DNA of 62,559 nt, counting the filler, from Sphacelaria rigidula (lineage: Eukaryota), in NCBI GenBank assembly GCA_964200075.2. It is 10 parts of 10 records of this genome, joined end to end, with 100 filler letters (N's around TTAATTAATTAA, not from the genome) between each part and the next. Parts side by side here need not be neighbours in the genome. Positions count along the whole stretch, not along the records: positions 12,534 to 18,699 come from CAXNAA020021800.1; positions 18,800 to 24,965 come from CAXNAA020021801.1; positions 25,066 to 31,231 come from CAXNAA020021802.1; 7 more parts are not named here. One strand, written 5' to 3'. The notes below the pieces were generated by a model. The model searched no databases, was not told the origin of the DNA, and was given only the letters and a program-made list of their open reading frames with translations. The stretch's first letter is position 1; every line of letters begins with the position of its first letter. Below are positions 12,534 to 25,243 of the stretch, piece by piece. A program made the position numbers and the translations under genes.

Positions 12534-14551
12534 CGATGCTCTTGGACGCACAGAGGGGGGTGGGGCCCAGCAGTGGGATGCGACAGTGGTGATGGGCGAG
12601 CTGCCGGGGGGGGCGGTGGACACGGAAACGGCGGTAGAGGCGTCGAGTGCGAGTGGTTACGGCGATAGTGTTTCGATGGGGGCCAGCGGGTGCAATTCAG
12701 CGGCGGCATCGGTCGGGGGGGGGGGGGGGGGACGGCGGTGCCGCGGGTGGCGGCAGCTGCGACCGGCGGAGGTGTCGATTGCAGTGATCTGGCAAGGGCG
12801 CCCCCGCGGACATATCTTGAGGTGGTGACAGGCAGGGGAACAGGTGAGGCGGCGGCAGCGCCGAGGAGGGCGCCACGCACTGGTGTCGGCGCCGACGGGG
12901 GGGTCTGGACGACTCCACCTTCGTCTCTCGCGGCGTCATCAGAGAGCGGGAGCGTGAACACAGCGGCGGCAGTAGAACCATATTCAACACGTGCGGGGGG
13001 GGGCACCGTTCAATTGGTGACTTGCAACCCCATCTGTTGTGGTGGCGTGATGGCAAGGGGCCTGACCGGAGCATCCATAGCGCAGTCGGACCCGGCATAG
13101 GTGAGGGGGAGATGTCCGCAGTGCACTTCATCATTCACTCCGGGACGTTATTTCAGAAGCATTTGAAGAAATGGCTCATGACTTCCACTGATACTGATCA
13201 GTGGATACTTGTCCTGTTGGCCATGTCCTGCGGGCATATCGAGCCACAAGGCTCCAACGCGGTGCAGGTAACTGTCAAGCGCATTGTGAACGAAGGCCCC
13301 CGGTACATACTGGTGAACAGGGTGTACCGCGCCATCGTGACTCCGAGAGACGGGAGCGAAAGTGCGTGGCCTCCCGACGGACTGTATGATTCGGCTGACG
13401 CATTCTGTAAAGGTGGCGCCGTTCGTTTTCACATATCTATTGGCTGGCTGTGACTTCCTGCCGCGTGTATCTGGGATTCCCTTCCCCAAGATGTTGGAAT
13501 TCGTTCTGAAGGCACTGAGAACGCCGAATCTGTTCACGAAAGCGATAGTGGTGATCGACGAGGGTAAGGCGAGGGTAGAGGTGGACGAGGGGGTCAAGTT
13601 ACTGGCCACGATCGTTTTCTTCAGATACGAAAACGCTTTTGCCGCGGGTCCTGGACATTTCTTCACCGCGACCGGGCAGAATCTGGTGTCTTTCGTGAAC
13701 AAGATTCGTCTGTGCATCACCACAGTACATAGGCACATGCCTTCCCGGTGCTGCCCGGACTTGGACGCCTGCCAGAAGTACGTGGATAAGGCCGACGCAG
13801 TATTGGAATAATGGGGAGGGGGGGCTTTGGGATGAGCATGCCCACATTGAACTTCAACGGGCGCGGACGGGGCGTTGAACCAGAAAAAAAGATTCACCAC
13901 AAGGGTGTGGTAAAGGCCGCGAGCAGAGGAGCGGTGGAGCTTACACGGGACAACATAGTTGTATACTTGTCAAGCCACACGTATGTCGATACATTCGGGA
14001 TTGTGCGCACCCTGAGATGCGCGCGCAAGCCGGAAAGGGCGGCGCAAAGACGCTACCGGTGCCAAAATTGTACGTTAAGCTGCGGTTGCCAGGGCCGCTG
14101 CTTTTTTCCGCCACCCCCTGACCCAGCGGCCGACGCTACTGCTACAGGCGATTCCGCCCAAGGAAATGTGGATACGTCCCGCCGACGTCGTAAAGGGAGG
14201 GGCGGATCCACGGCCAACCGTGAAAGGGGCGGGTCAGCGGCGTTGCGTGGCGGGGGGCAGGGGAATGGAGCGAGGAAGGCCCCGGGGGCAGGTGTTGATA
14301 GTAGTCGTGGTGAGGATGGCGAGGGTAGCGGGAGGAAAATCGGATCCGGGACCAGATCCTAGCTGTCGCAGTTGTTGCGACGGCGGTCTAGATGATCCGC
14401 CAGTGGGCGGATGGATCGAAGCATTCAGCCGGGATCTGGCTTGGAGATTCAGACTCCGAGTGTAGCGACTCAGAGGAAGAGGATTCGGCACCGGAAGCGG
14501 GCAAAGACGACGACGACGAATTCGCGTTTCGATTGCACCTGTATCGAAAGT
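12534..14551 (+). pseudogene. AcademX-like transposon ORF, 3' part: Gly/Ala-rich linker, XPG/FEN-like nuclease, Cys-rich finger and acidic tail (frameshifted)
   Basis: ORFs 13022, 13362 and 13811 give GIGEGEMSA, STDTDQW, YLLAGCDFLP, CPDLDACQKYVDKADAVLE*W, MPTLNFNGRG, RCQNCTLSCGCQGRC and AGIWLGDSDSECSDSE. Confidence 0.75.
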
Positions 14552-15585
14552 CGTAGACATGTTTCTTGCAGATGAGTTGCGTAGGTATATAAGTAACCGT
14601 GGGAGATATCTTCAGCGGACGGAAGTTATAACCTTGCGTAGGGTTGATGGGGACGTTGTAGAGTGCCTGGTGCAGTGCGCCCTTGTGTACAGGCGTCTAC
14701 GGCGGATCGTCCGGCGACACCCTTGGGCAAATCGCCGGTTGTATCTCAAGATTATGCGTGATACTATAATAGTGGAACGAACGACTCATAAAGCAAAAAT
14801 GATGATCAAGACGTGGTGTTGGAGAAAACCTTATGGAACACTTTGCAACACGACCACCACACGCACGTGGACTCCAGTCGCGAGGCGGCGTTCATAGCGC
14901 TCTGCACAGCAGGCGAACCGCCACGAATATTCGGTTTGATAACAACTGATCTTGAAAATTGAGGACAACGGTTTTCATTGACGATGATAAGTCGGTTTAT
15001 TACAATCTTCATATATGTGGACCATTTGGTTTTAGTATGCCTGCATTCCTTCATGTACCGATAGCTATCACCAATTTCTGTATGCCATACAAGATTGAAA
15101 TCCGATAACCGAATTGCTGGGGTCCGATGTGTATATGTTCTGTGGTCATGGTGGGGGGGGGGCGGGCACGTGATAAAGATGGAACACGTAATCCATCCTC
15201 CATGTCGCAGAACATTGGTTCCAAGTGCTACACGCTGGAGGAACATCAGATGATGTTTTCCGTCCCTAATTCTTCAGTATTGCCCACCAAACCTCGGCCC
15301 CCATCACGCCGCACAGTCGATGTGACTACGTGTGCTTCGAAGCAAGCCCTGAAGCAGTTTCCGTGGTATCTCTCTTTTGTTTCCGATAGCTTACAGTATC
15401 ACTGACGACACAAGGAATCGGCAGACCGTAAGTGTTCCTTGTCTTTCATTTTTTTCATTTTTCTCCTTTTTTTTCTCTGACCACGAGCTGGAGTGTTGCA
15501 ATCAGCTACGTAATGCGCGGTCATCATATTTTTGTGTTGCTCGTGCTTGTGTTTGTGCTGGTGTATGTGTTTGTTCGTCGTTATT

Positions 15586-15586
<1 letters not shown>

Positions 15587-15623
<37 letters not shown>

Positions 15624-15651
15624 GCTTGGTGGTGGTGGTGGTGGTGGTGGT
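15587..15651. repeat. (GTT)n/(GGT)n microsatellite, followed at 15760-15830 by a probable retroposon 3' end with an (ATCA)n tail
   Basis: Trinucleotide runs are directly visible. GTGAGATAATCAATCAATCACTCAATCAA at 15801-15829. Confidence 0.8.
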
Positions 15652-17858
15652 GTTTTTTGTTGTTATCGCTGCCCCCTTTCTTTCCTTTCTGAGGTCGTTC
15701 CTCCTGTCTTTTTCTGGTCCTTTCTTTCTTCTTTGTTTTTATTATTCTGTTCTATTTTTGCTGCTCCTGACCACAGGCCGGATTGTAGCAACCAGCTAAC
15801 GTGAGATAATCAATCAATCACTCAATCAAGTGTGCGTTTACACCTTGCGCGGCGATCCCGTAAGCACGCTTCATGCGCCGCCCCAGCGACAATGACAAGC
15901 ATATGTCTGGAACATCTTTGCCACTGGCGGGCAATGTTAATTGTTGCATGTATGCTTGCGGGAGAAGATATTCCCCACGTTGTAAATCAAATGGACGCCG
16001 CGCAATTACTACCTGCTCAATGTGGATATCACATGTTACCCGATGGGTTTTCACGCCGCACCTCACATGTTATAACACCCGCCTCCGAGATGGCAATATC
16101 TCGACGCACACGGCAGCTATCGATACAAATCGAATTGCTCTGTGTAGAAAAAACGCGTACCTATCAGTCCTCCACTTCTTGGCAGCCAATATCCTTGTCA
16201 AAAAATTGGAAGTTGGGGTTAAGTGAATATCATCTAATTCAGATATTGCACTGTTTTGACACTCATTTCACGTCTGCCAGGGCTTGAGCGATGGCTGGTG
16301 TCCAGTAGTACCTGCCTGTAGAGTTTCGGATTCGTGACGTCCGTCAGCGGTGAGAAATCTTATGATGCGTAAAGGACGGATATGTTGGAAAATTACTTTC
16401 TCGCTTGTACAAAAAAGCAGTACTTTTTTTAGGGATATCCATCGCTGGTTTGTGAGCTGTACCGGGTGGAATCGACCCGGACTGGGATGAGAAGGTAGCT
16501 TCAGATACATACTACAGCCGTGTATCGCTTTAGTTGCTATATTATCTTCTGTACACTTCTTAGGCTCCGCCGCGTCTTCATTTTGGGGGTGGTGGTGGGA
16601 AACGTGACACTAACCCCCGGCGTAACACTGGGTGCTCTGGAACGGTCTCGGCGAATAGAGCAAGCCATTCCAAGGTGTCAACATCCGTTGAGCCCTCTTT
16701 TCGGGGCAAAAACGACGAAGAAGGGAAAAAAGAGCGCTTTCAACAAGTTATATTTCTCGATACATGAGAAGTAGCCTAACAAAGGAAAAAGAAAATAGAA
16801 AATTGGAAGCGCGATGCAAAGCAGAGCAACCTATGAAATTATCAGCTATGGTGAAATATAACAACCAAGTACTTCACCACGAAGAACAACCCTTCAACAA
16901 TCTCCATACCCCATCCACCCGGAATATTCCACGCCGTTCGCAGATAGTCAACCGTCAAATCACCACCGAAGATAGATGCACAGCCCAAACCGAAACACGA
17001 AAAGTGTAGGTGCGTATTGCAACTGGGAATGAACTTGTACGTGGGCACTCAAAGACAAGGGAAAACGCTTCCAGAATTGAAAACATGACAGTAAAAAAGA
17101 TGCCGTCATTACTTCATATTACGACAAAAAGCAAGGGTGAAATAAAAGTACAATGCGAGCATTAGTCAGTTTAGAACCTTTCTTGATACAGTACACATCC
17201 CCTGGCTACAAAGTACATTGAGTATTGAATACTCGGGATCGAGCCTGTGCGGGAGGGGAGGTGTCGACGGGGGTAAGTGGGTGGTATGGAATAGCACTTA
17301 ATGCAGCATCAATACGCTTTGCTGCACAGCGCATCGCCCGAGCGAAACACAGGCAGACAATGGCCTCCCGAGAGTGGTTGTGAGGTCACCATCGCTCTTC
17401 ATGCCCTTTTACGTATCTGCTCCATACGCTCCTTTTATTTTTATTCTTCGGCCTTTGGAGGGGAGGAGGGGGGGAATTTTGGGTCATGTTTCGACGAAAG
17501 TTTTGGCCCCGTTTTATTCGTTTTTGGTACTTTTCTTTACTCCAATTTATCTTCGAGTTTAACTAGGCCAACCAAGAAGCCATTTTTTGGCTCCAACAAA
17601 AAAAGGCTTAATCGGCTGAAGTCTACGGAACACAGGCCTGAACGAAGCAGAGGGGAACAACAACATCAACATCTTGAAACACGACGAGGGGGGAGGGGTA
17701 GGGATAGGGGGTCTGGCCTCGCAGAGATGGGACTCCGAAACAAAAAGGCTGCACGGCAGGAGAATTGGCTTGCTAAGTCCGTTCATCACGACGAAAATAA
17801 AAAATGTGGGTGAATTTTTGGAGCCTTTAAGTCGTTTTGCGCTCCAAGAGAGAGCTAC

Positions 17859-18144
17859 GCGGAATTTGACACCTTGGACTGCGTTGCTGCACTCTTTGAG
17901 ACAGTTCTGGCACATTTCTGCGTTTTTCCAGTGGCCGCAGCTTTTTTCTTGCCTACTCTTGTATTTTCCTTGGACACCGGCCAAGTTCACCAAAACTTCG
18001 GCGATTTTTATTGTGGACTTTGCCGGTCGCCGAGAAAAATGCAAGGTTGGGCCAGAGAAAAGCTGCGGCGACCGTAAAAATGGACAGATGTGCTAAAAAC
18101 ATCTCAACCAGTACAGCAACGCATTCCAAGATGTCAAAATCCGC
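17859..18144. repeat. Long imperfect inverted repeat (~140-bp arms), with a third direct copy of the arm at 18310-18440
   Basis: Left arm GCGGAATTTGACACCTTGGACTGCGTTGCTG matches the reverse complement of the right arm, GCGGATTTTGACATCTTGGAATGCGTTGCTG. Pairing continues to a short loop near 18000. Confidence 0.85.
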
Positions 18145-18799
18145 CCAGCCCTTTTTGAGGGAGTAACATGACGTCGAAGCTCCTAAAAGGCTCTTTCTCG
18201 GAATTTGTTCTTGTCTGATATAAGAAGCTACCTTACAGTAAAACATGAAAGTTCTGTAAAAAATGTCTTGTTTTTTTTCGGCCGTTTTACGTCCTGAAGA
18301 TATAGCTTGGTGCAGTTGGACACCTTGGGGTGACTTGCTCTACATGTTAAAGCGGTTCGAGGACATTTTCGCGTTTTCCGGCGGCCGCAGTTTTCATTTT
18401 TCCAATTAAGCCTTATTGTACAGAGGCGGCCAAGTCCAAATAAAAAAAGACAGTTTTCCCTAGATTTGGGCACAACGCCCGTACATGGGGATATATTGTT
18501 GTAGTGCAATGTGACTTTCAACCAATCAGATGCCCTTTAGTGAGGAATAGGCGGAATCTAGTGCCAATGTAATGCGACCTTCGCAGTGAACTATGTAGTG
18601 AAAAATGCGTGTGATTGGCTCGTGGACTCAAGTCACACCTAACAGCCGATTTTCGAAAATGGGGTTGAAAAAAAAAATGAGGTTCAACTCAAAAGCCGTN
18701 NNNNNNNNNNNNNNNNNNNNNNNNNNNNNNNNNNNNNNNNNNNTTAATTAATTAANNNNNNNNNNNNNNNNNNNNNNNNNNNNNNNNNNNNNNNNNNNN

Positions 18800-19657
18800 G
18801 TTGCTGCTTTCAACGACGATCTGACTAGAAATTTCGAGCAACAAATGGCTCAAAATACCCCCCCCTCCTATCGTAGGGTGACTCTGGGGTCCATCTCAAA
18901 AATGAGGTTGATGTGGCATTTCCTTTTGCAGGGATGTCGGGGAACACTTACGACCGAGCAAAGCCCTCTTCCCCCCCCAATGTCCGTAGCAGTAAAGCAG
19001 CTGTGGCTAGGTGCACCTAACGAATGCGGAGTACACGCGTGTCGATGACTATATCACCAGAGAGAGAAGCAACGACAGAGAGGAAGCTCCTCGCCTGTGT
19101 CCTTTGTGTGTCCTCGCTCGGTGATTACCGATCGCTCAAGAGAATGGCATCATCGATGTTACCAGCATGTACCCAATTTTCCATGCGCCAGAACATCGAG
19201 GTGCGGAGAGATTCCGTCTCTTCTTGCCTGTGGCCAATGCGACGATGGATGTATCTCTGCCTCTCTTTTTGGACAGGACGCGCCTCTGTGCGCTGGAAAA
19301 CATGGTGTTGAAAAATAGGGCAATGTTCCCGTCGCCTCTACTACTGTTCTCTGTCACACACATGCCAGCAAGGGCGGTGCTGCGGCGAAAACAACAGATA
19401 TATCCAAGTTGAACTTGGAGGGTATTATTCATCGTTGACCTTACCCGACATGTGTGTGAGCGACCCTCTGTGTGCCCAACGACAACAGCGTGCGGGACGC
19501 CAGTTGGGGGGGTTGTATGAGACGTCAGACACTTGTGGGGACCCTCTTGACATGCGGAGTGAAAAACAATACTTATGGTGGTGATCTGACCGTTGCGAGC
19601 GTGGTGCAGAGGGGTGCGTCCATGCTGCAATCTGGAGCACGCGCGCTGGCTGCGTGA
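18800..19657 (+). mobile_element. Second copy of the Cys-rich ORF segment, interrupted by a gypsy LTR at 19658
   Basis: Colinear with 11700-12433: conserved TTGCAG|GGA acceptor, KQLWLGAPNE, STRVSMTISPEREATTERKLLA and ACGQCDDGC..GQDAPLC. Confidence 0.7.
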
Positions 19658-19939
19658 TGTGACGAAATCACGCCGTCACGTAAATCACGCCGTCACGTTG
19701 AGTATATAGTGATGATTGGATGATGACTTGGGATCTGTAGTGATAGTATGGATGATGACATGTACACACGGATGATACTCTGATGTGGTTTATGGAGCCG
19801 CCTGGGAGTCACTCCGGGAATTATAAAAGGTGTTGTGAAGGCTGACAACTAATGACCTGAGGCCAGTGGAACTGGGGAGTCCCTCAACAGCATTAGACGT
19901 AGCAGTATTATCAACCTGCTCACGTCAAAATATCGATAT
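19658..19939 (+). repeat. Probable 5' LTR of gypsy element 1, followed by a degenerate PBS-like sequence
   Basis: Starts TGTGACG, ends near CGTCA (19923-19927) and contains TATAAAA. TAGTGTTAGCAGTG at 19940 resembles a TGGTGTCAG-type PBS. The element interrupts the Cys-rich ORF. Confidence 0.6.
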
Positions 19940-20214
19940 TAGTGTTAGCAGTGCTAGTCGTGCTAGTTGTGCTATCCTTAGAGGCTGCTGGAATTATTTC
20001 AGCAAGGAGGAGTTTAGACAGCTTGTGACAGCTTCGGGAATATAGCTGCACGGACGCGTGAGGAGGGTTCAGGCTGAGGTAGCTGCAAAGGCGGCTGGCC
20101 CGTGATTGATCCAGACTGGAAACTTGCTGAAGCTGCGTGCAGCGGGTGTCTATAGGACCCAGGGCTGTGTGGAGCGGCGAAGAAAGTAGGTGTGAATTGT
20201 GGGTTCGAGAAGGT

Positions 20215-23200
20215 TCAGAATCTTCGATTGTCCCCTCGAGAATGTTGACTACAGAGGTATCGGCAATATAGCCAGCGGAGACGACTGTATCCCCAGCCGT
20301 TCAAAGGGAAGAGTTGCGGCCGCCCAGCTACGGGAAATTGTATTCTGAGTGTTCTTCTCGTTCGTTCTACATTAAATACGCGGAATACAAGAAGAGGGTG
20401 GAGCATGCGAATGCGGGGGGTGCGGTAGGGCATCAGGTGGTTTCCATGGCGCAACTCGTGCCTCCCCCCCCTCCAACGCGTCTTGGCGAAAAGATTCCAT
20501 GAGAAGCATGCCATACCGCCGCTGCAATTGGCCGCAGCGATCAAGAAGCATGCAGGACATGCGACGGGCGCGGAGATAGAGCTAACACAGACGTCCGCGG
20601 CCGTGGTCAGGGCTGTCGCAATGAACCACAAGGGGAGGAGCATGCGTAAGAGGGTGGAGCCCACAATGGGTATCTTGGAGACGTATTTTTCGGGAAATCC
20701 CAACGTCGAGATGGTTTATCGTTGCTCCGATGACAAATTTCGCCCAGGGCCCGCTGCGGTGATCACGAAAGCGATGGTCGAGGGTCTGGCACCGGCGGAA
20801 TTCAAGCAGGCCGTGCTTGTGCAGTTACAGCGCAAAACAAACTGGAAGTCAGACCCGTATTTAGTTATGGATACCGTGGTGACTGAGGCTCAGGCATGGC
20901 GGAGGGTTGAAGTATTCGGAAAAGCATCCACTTCGTCGTCGCAGTCTTCGAGCTCGCGTAACCGCGGATCAAAACCCGCAGGCAGTGCCGCCGCCAATAT
21001 TACTTGTTATCAGTGTAGCCAGGTAGGCCACTACGCACGGAAGTGCCCAACGCCTTCTGAGGGGGAGTCCGGGTAGATGAGTGCCGCGCGCCCTCGCAAT
21101 CACAAAGGAGGGGAAGGTAACCGGGGTGGTGGCGGAGGCGAATCCTCCAGCGGTGGAGGTGTACAATCGAGTTCCTAGCAGTAGCAGTAGCAGCAGCGGC
21201 AAGGGCAGCGGCGTCAGCAGGGGTTCGGTTCTGGGTCCAGTTTAGCCGCAGGGGCTGCTACTCCGGAACGGGCGGTGCAGGTGGGACCGACCTCTCTAGT
21301 GTCGGGCTCGGTGCCGGCGCCACCGGCAGCAGAGCAAGGCGAGACGCCTGCGGCGCCGCCGGCCGGAATTCAGCTGAAACTTGGCTCCGTAGCTGCGCCG
21401 GCCGGAGTACCGCTGCAATTTGGGTCTGCGGGCGGGGCTTCGTACCCGTCGGCGGTGCCGGTGACTCCAGCGGGGGCGTCTATGCCTGCGCCGCGTGCGC
21501 AGCCGTGGCGCCAAGTGGGGATCACGAACAATCAGTCGGCAGAGCAGGTACCGGTCGAGGATCAAGATGAGTACATTCCTGCAGAGTTATATCTCCCCGA
21601 TCAACGGGCGCGGGAAGCTATATCGGTCAACGCTGAGTTGCACTCCGGCGCCCACTTCACGAGCGTGTCGATGCTGATTGTGGAGATGCTGGAGCGTCTA
21701 CTTCCCGGTGAGTAAATCCGAGTTCCGTTCTCGCTCGGGGCGCGGCAGACGATCACCGCATCGAAGCGACGTATAAATGTGACGCAGCGTACGATTCCCC
21801 TACAATTGGCGTTCAGGACTATCTGGGGGCCAGCCAAGTTACCCCCGGTATCGTTTGCGATCATGCCGGGGACGGATGGTGTCCTTCTGTTGGGCTTACC
21901 GACGCTCCGGGGACTCGGAATCGATCCGTATGATCGGCTGTTAGAGGCCCTAAAAACGCAAATGCCGTCGCCCGGCTCGAGTGTCGAGACGCCTGCTTTT
22001 TTGGCCAGCCGTCGCGTGAGCTTGTCGGTTGATGCTCTCCAGGAAGCAGGAGGGCAGGTGTCCGAAGAGCGCAATGAGCCGGTGGAACGCTTGGTGGAGA
22101 GTGGCCCCGACATATTTATGGAGCCGGCGGAGGAAGATTCCGCGCGAAAGGCTGCGCATGAGGAAAGCGTGACGGATCCGGTGGCAAATTGCCTCAATGT
22201 CTCAAAAGCGGAGCGCTTGCGTGGCATATTGAATTGCCACGTTAACGCGTTTCGTCGTGCGCTGAGGGATGATGCCCCTGCGCGCGTGGAACCCATGAGG
22301 GTTACACTGAAGCGCAGGGGCGGCCGCGGTGAAGGCAAAACCGAGGAGGTATGATCCGGTAAAGTCCAGTTGGTTAGCTTCTTGCATGGGAGCTCTTGTA
22401 GCGTTTGGGTTGGTGTTCAGGAATCTACGGGCGGCGTGGTCCAGTCCAGCGATGGCGGTGCCGAAGAAGGACCCTTTCCGTCTTATCAGCGATTACGGAG
22501 CTATCCATGATCAGGTGGAGAAGTCGCCGGGTGTCATGCCCGATCAGGAATCCGACATGAATGTCCTGTTGAGTGCACGATGTTTCGGTAAGTTGGACCT
22601 CCTACAGGGGTACTGGCAGATGCCGTTGGCCGAAGAGGCGCAAGAGATATTCACAATCACGACTCCGTTTGGCATGTTTACCCCGCAACGAGTACCGCAA
22701 GGCGTGTTGAATGCTACTTCCTATTTTGAAGGTGTCATGCTAGACCTTTTAGATGGCTTGAAATGCAAGATTTGGGTGGATGACGTCTTTTTCTTCGCGG
22801 ATACGGAAGACGAACTGTTGGATACGCTTGATGCAATCTTGGCTTGCTCAGAGAGTGTTGGTCTGTTTGCAGCTGCCCAAAAATGTATTTTTTTTATAGT
22901 GAACTAGTGTGTTGTGGGAAAGCATACTCACACGGCCGCGTCTCGCATGACCCGGTCCGCTTGCAAGGTTTGTCTGACATGCGGCGTCCAGAAACAGCCG
23001 CAGAACTAATGCAATTCCTGCTCGCAATGAACTGGTTGCGTACCTCGCTGCCACGTATGGCCGAAGTAGTGGCGCCCTTGCGCCTTTTCCTAGGAGAACT
23101 CATGGTGGGGGCTGCAATGCGCACGAAGCGGGTGGCAAACAATCGTGTTATTCCACCCGCCTCGTGGACGGTGGGCAGGCTACATGCATGGGCGGTAGCG

Positions 23201-24965
23201 AAGGATCTGGTGGCTCATGCCGTGACGCTGTTCCCTCCCCGCCCCCGTTGTCAGGTGCTGATGTTTCCGGATGCACTCGACTGTCATTGGGGTAGTTTTG
23301 TAACGCAGGTGCCTGATGCAGAAAGGCAACAACGGTTGCCGGTTGAAGACATGACGCATGAACCGCTGGCTTTTCTGAGAGGTAATTTCAAGGCTTCACA
23401 GATGCGTTGGGCAACCATTGACAAGGAAGGTTTTGCTCTCGTGAGCACTTTTCGTCGTCTCGAGCATCTATTGTGGAGTGACGTACACATTTTTACGGAT
23501 CACCGAAATCTAGCGTACATTTTCAACCCGGAGGTATGCGTGACGTCTGTGTCGAAGGCGTTGGCACAGCGATTGGAGGGGTGGAAAGGTGTATTAGGCC
23601 AGTATCGGTACACGATTTGACATATTTCGGGTGAACGTAACGCGTAGGTTGACTTGCTGTCGCGCTGGGTAAATATTCCGACTTTGCCGGCGCGCGCTGT
23701 GGCCATGTATGGTCCGTGCGAACCTGATGACTCAATGGCGTCCAAATCTGTTGCCCGCCAAGCGCAAGGAAAAGACGTTGGAGCCGAAGTGCGGATGTGA
23801 AACATTTCGAGTCGGACGTTGGTACTGCTATTTTGGACAATGAAGATCTGTTTCGTGTGCATGTGCGTGGCCGAAACGTTTTGTGGATTCCGAGTTCTGA
23901 CAAGCAGTTGCAGGTACGTCTGATGATTTGTGCGCACATGCGCGACGCCAGGCATCGTGGTGTGGCTGCGATACTCGTGCGCTTGCAAGAGTTTTAAGTC
24001 TGGCAGGGGATAGAAACTAATGTGCGCGACTTTGTCCGCCAGTGTCTTCGCTGTGCTGGCACGAGGGCAGGCGATGTTGTTCCCCGCCCGCTCGGTGAAA
24101 CGATCCATGGGACCACGCCGAATAAAGCCGTTCATTTTGACTTCTTGCACGTGGGCGAGAGGGGTTCGCTAGGTCCCCAAGGTTTGTCGGACGATACTAG
24201 GTTCCGATACATTTTGGCAATCATGGATGATTTGAGCAACTTTGTGGCCCTGGAACCAGTAGCAGTGTGTACTGCTGAATCGACTGCTGCGTCTTTGCTG
24301 AATTGATGCAAACCTTTGGGGGTACGCCGTGTGTGGGTGAGTGATACCGCCACGCATAGAAAGAATGCGATCTTGGCCCGATTGCGAGAGGCTTTGCGCG
24401 TTGATCGCCAGTCTGTGGTAGCGTATCGTCCGTGGTCTAACGGTACGTGCGAACGCATGGTAAAGGAAGTAGTTCGTGCTCTTCGCTCGATTCTTCTCGA
24501 GCAGCGTCAAGAGGTGACCAAGTGGGTGGATGTGTTGCCCGCGGTGCAATGGGCGCTAAATACGGCATATCGCCGTCGGTTCGGTTGTACGCCATATCAC
24601 GTGATGTTTGGCCGTGCCCCTCGGACGTCTTTCTCGGTGCTGGTGTCCTCGTCGGCGGGGGAATGGAAGTGTGATGTTCTGGACAACGTCCAAATTAAGA
24701 GTGCATTGAAAGGAGTCTTGGACTTGCAAGAACGTTTCCCCGTTCAAGTGCAGGAGCGTGTTGCAGCTGAACATGCGTGTAGGAGTGAGGGATCTTCGTC
24801 AGGGCTGAAATTGCCGAATTGCGAGGTAGGCGATTACGTTTTGTATGCACGCGTGCCTCACCCGGGAGTTACGTCTAAATTATTGGCGACGTGGGCTGGT
24901 CCGTGGAGAGTGGTTGGTGCTCATCACCCGCATGTCTTTGAGATCTCCAAAACATTATTTCGGGT
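20215..24965 (+). mobile_element. Decayed Ty3/gypsy LTR retrotransposon 1 (gag-CCHC, protease, RT, RNase H, integrase), truncated at the contig end
   Basis: Zinc knuckle CYQCSQVGHYARKC. Protease AELHSGA (catalytic D mutated) and LLLGLPTL. RT KLDLLQGYWQ, PQG and WVDD. RNase H FPDA..., WATIDKEG and FTDHRNL. Integrase HFDFL, VSD, WSNGTCER and WAGPWRV. Several stops and frameshifts. Confidence 0.95.
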
Positions 24966-25243
24966 NNNNNNNNNNNNNNNNNNNNNNNNNNNNNNNNNNN
25001 NNNNNNNNNTTAATTAATTAANNNNNNNNNNNNNNNNNNNNNNNNNNNNNNNNNNNNNNNNNNNNGACAGCCACGGCTTACGCACTGCCTCATGGGTGTC
25101 TCACCATTTAAACACTACGTGGAACGACCATCCCCATGGGGGGGGGGAACACATAGTTTTCCAACGACGCGACGGTGCAAGACAAGCGACTCGAACACGG
25201 TACACTACGTAAGGTGAATGGGGAAGCAGACTCGGGTGCGGCA

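Noticed and set aside
15377..15804. ORFs with poly-Cys, poly-Val, poly-Leu or poly-Trp (also 48395-48838 and 56339-56524)
   Set aside because: They are translations of (GTT)n/(CAA)n microsatellites.
24966..25065. Two gypsy elements apparently tail-to-tail
   Set aside because: They lie on different contigs joined by an artificial spacer.
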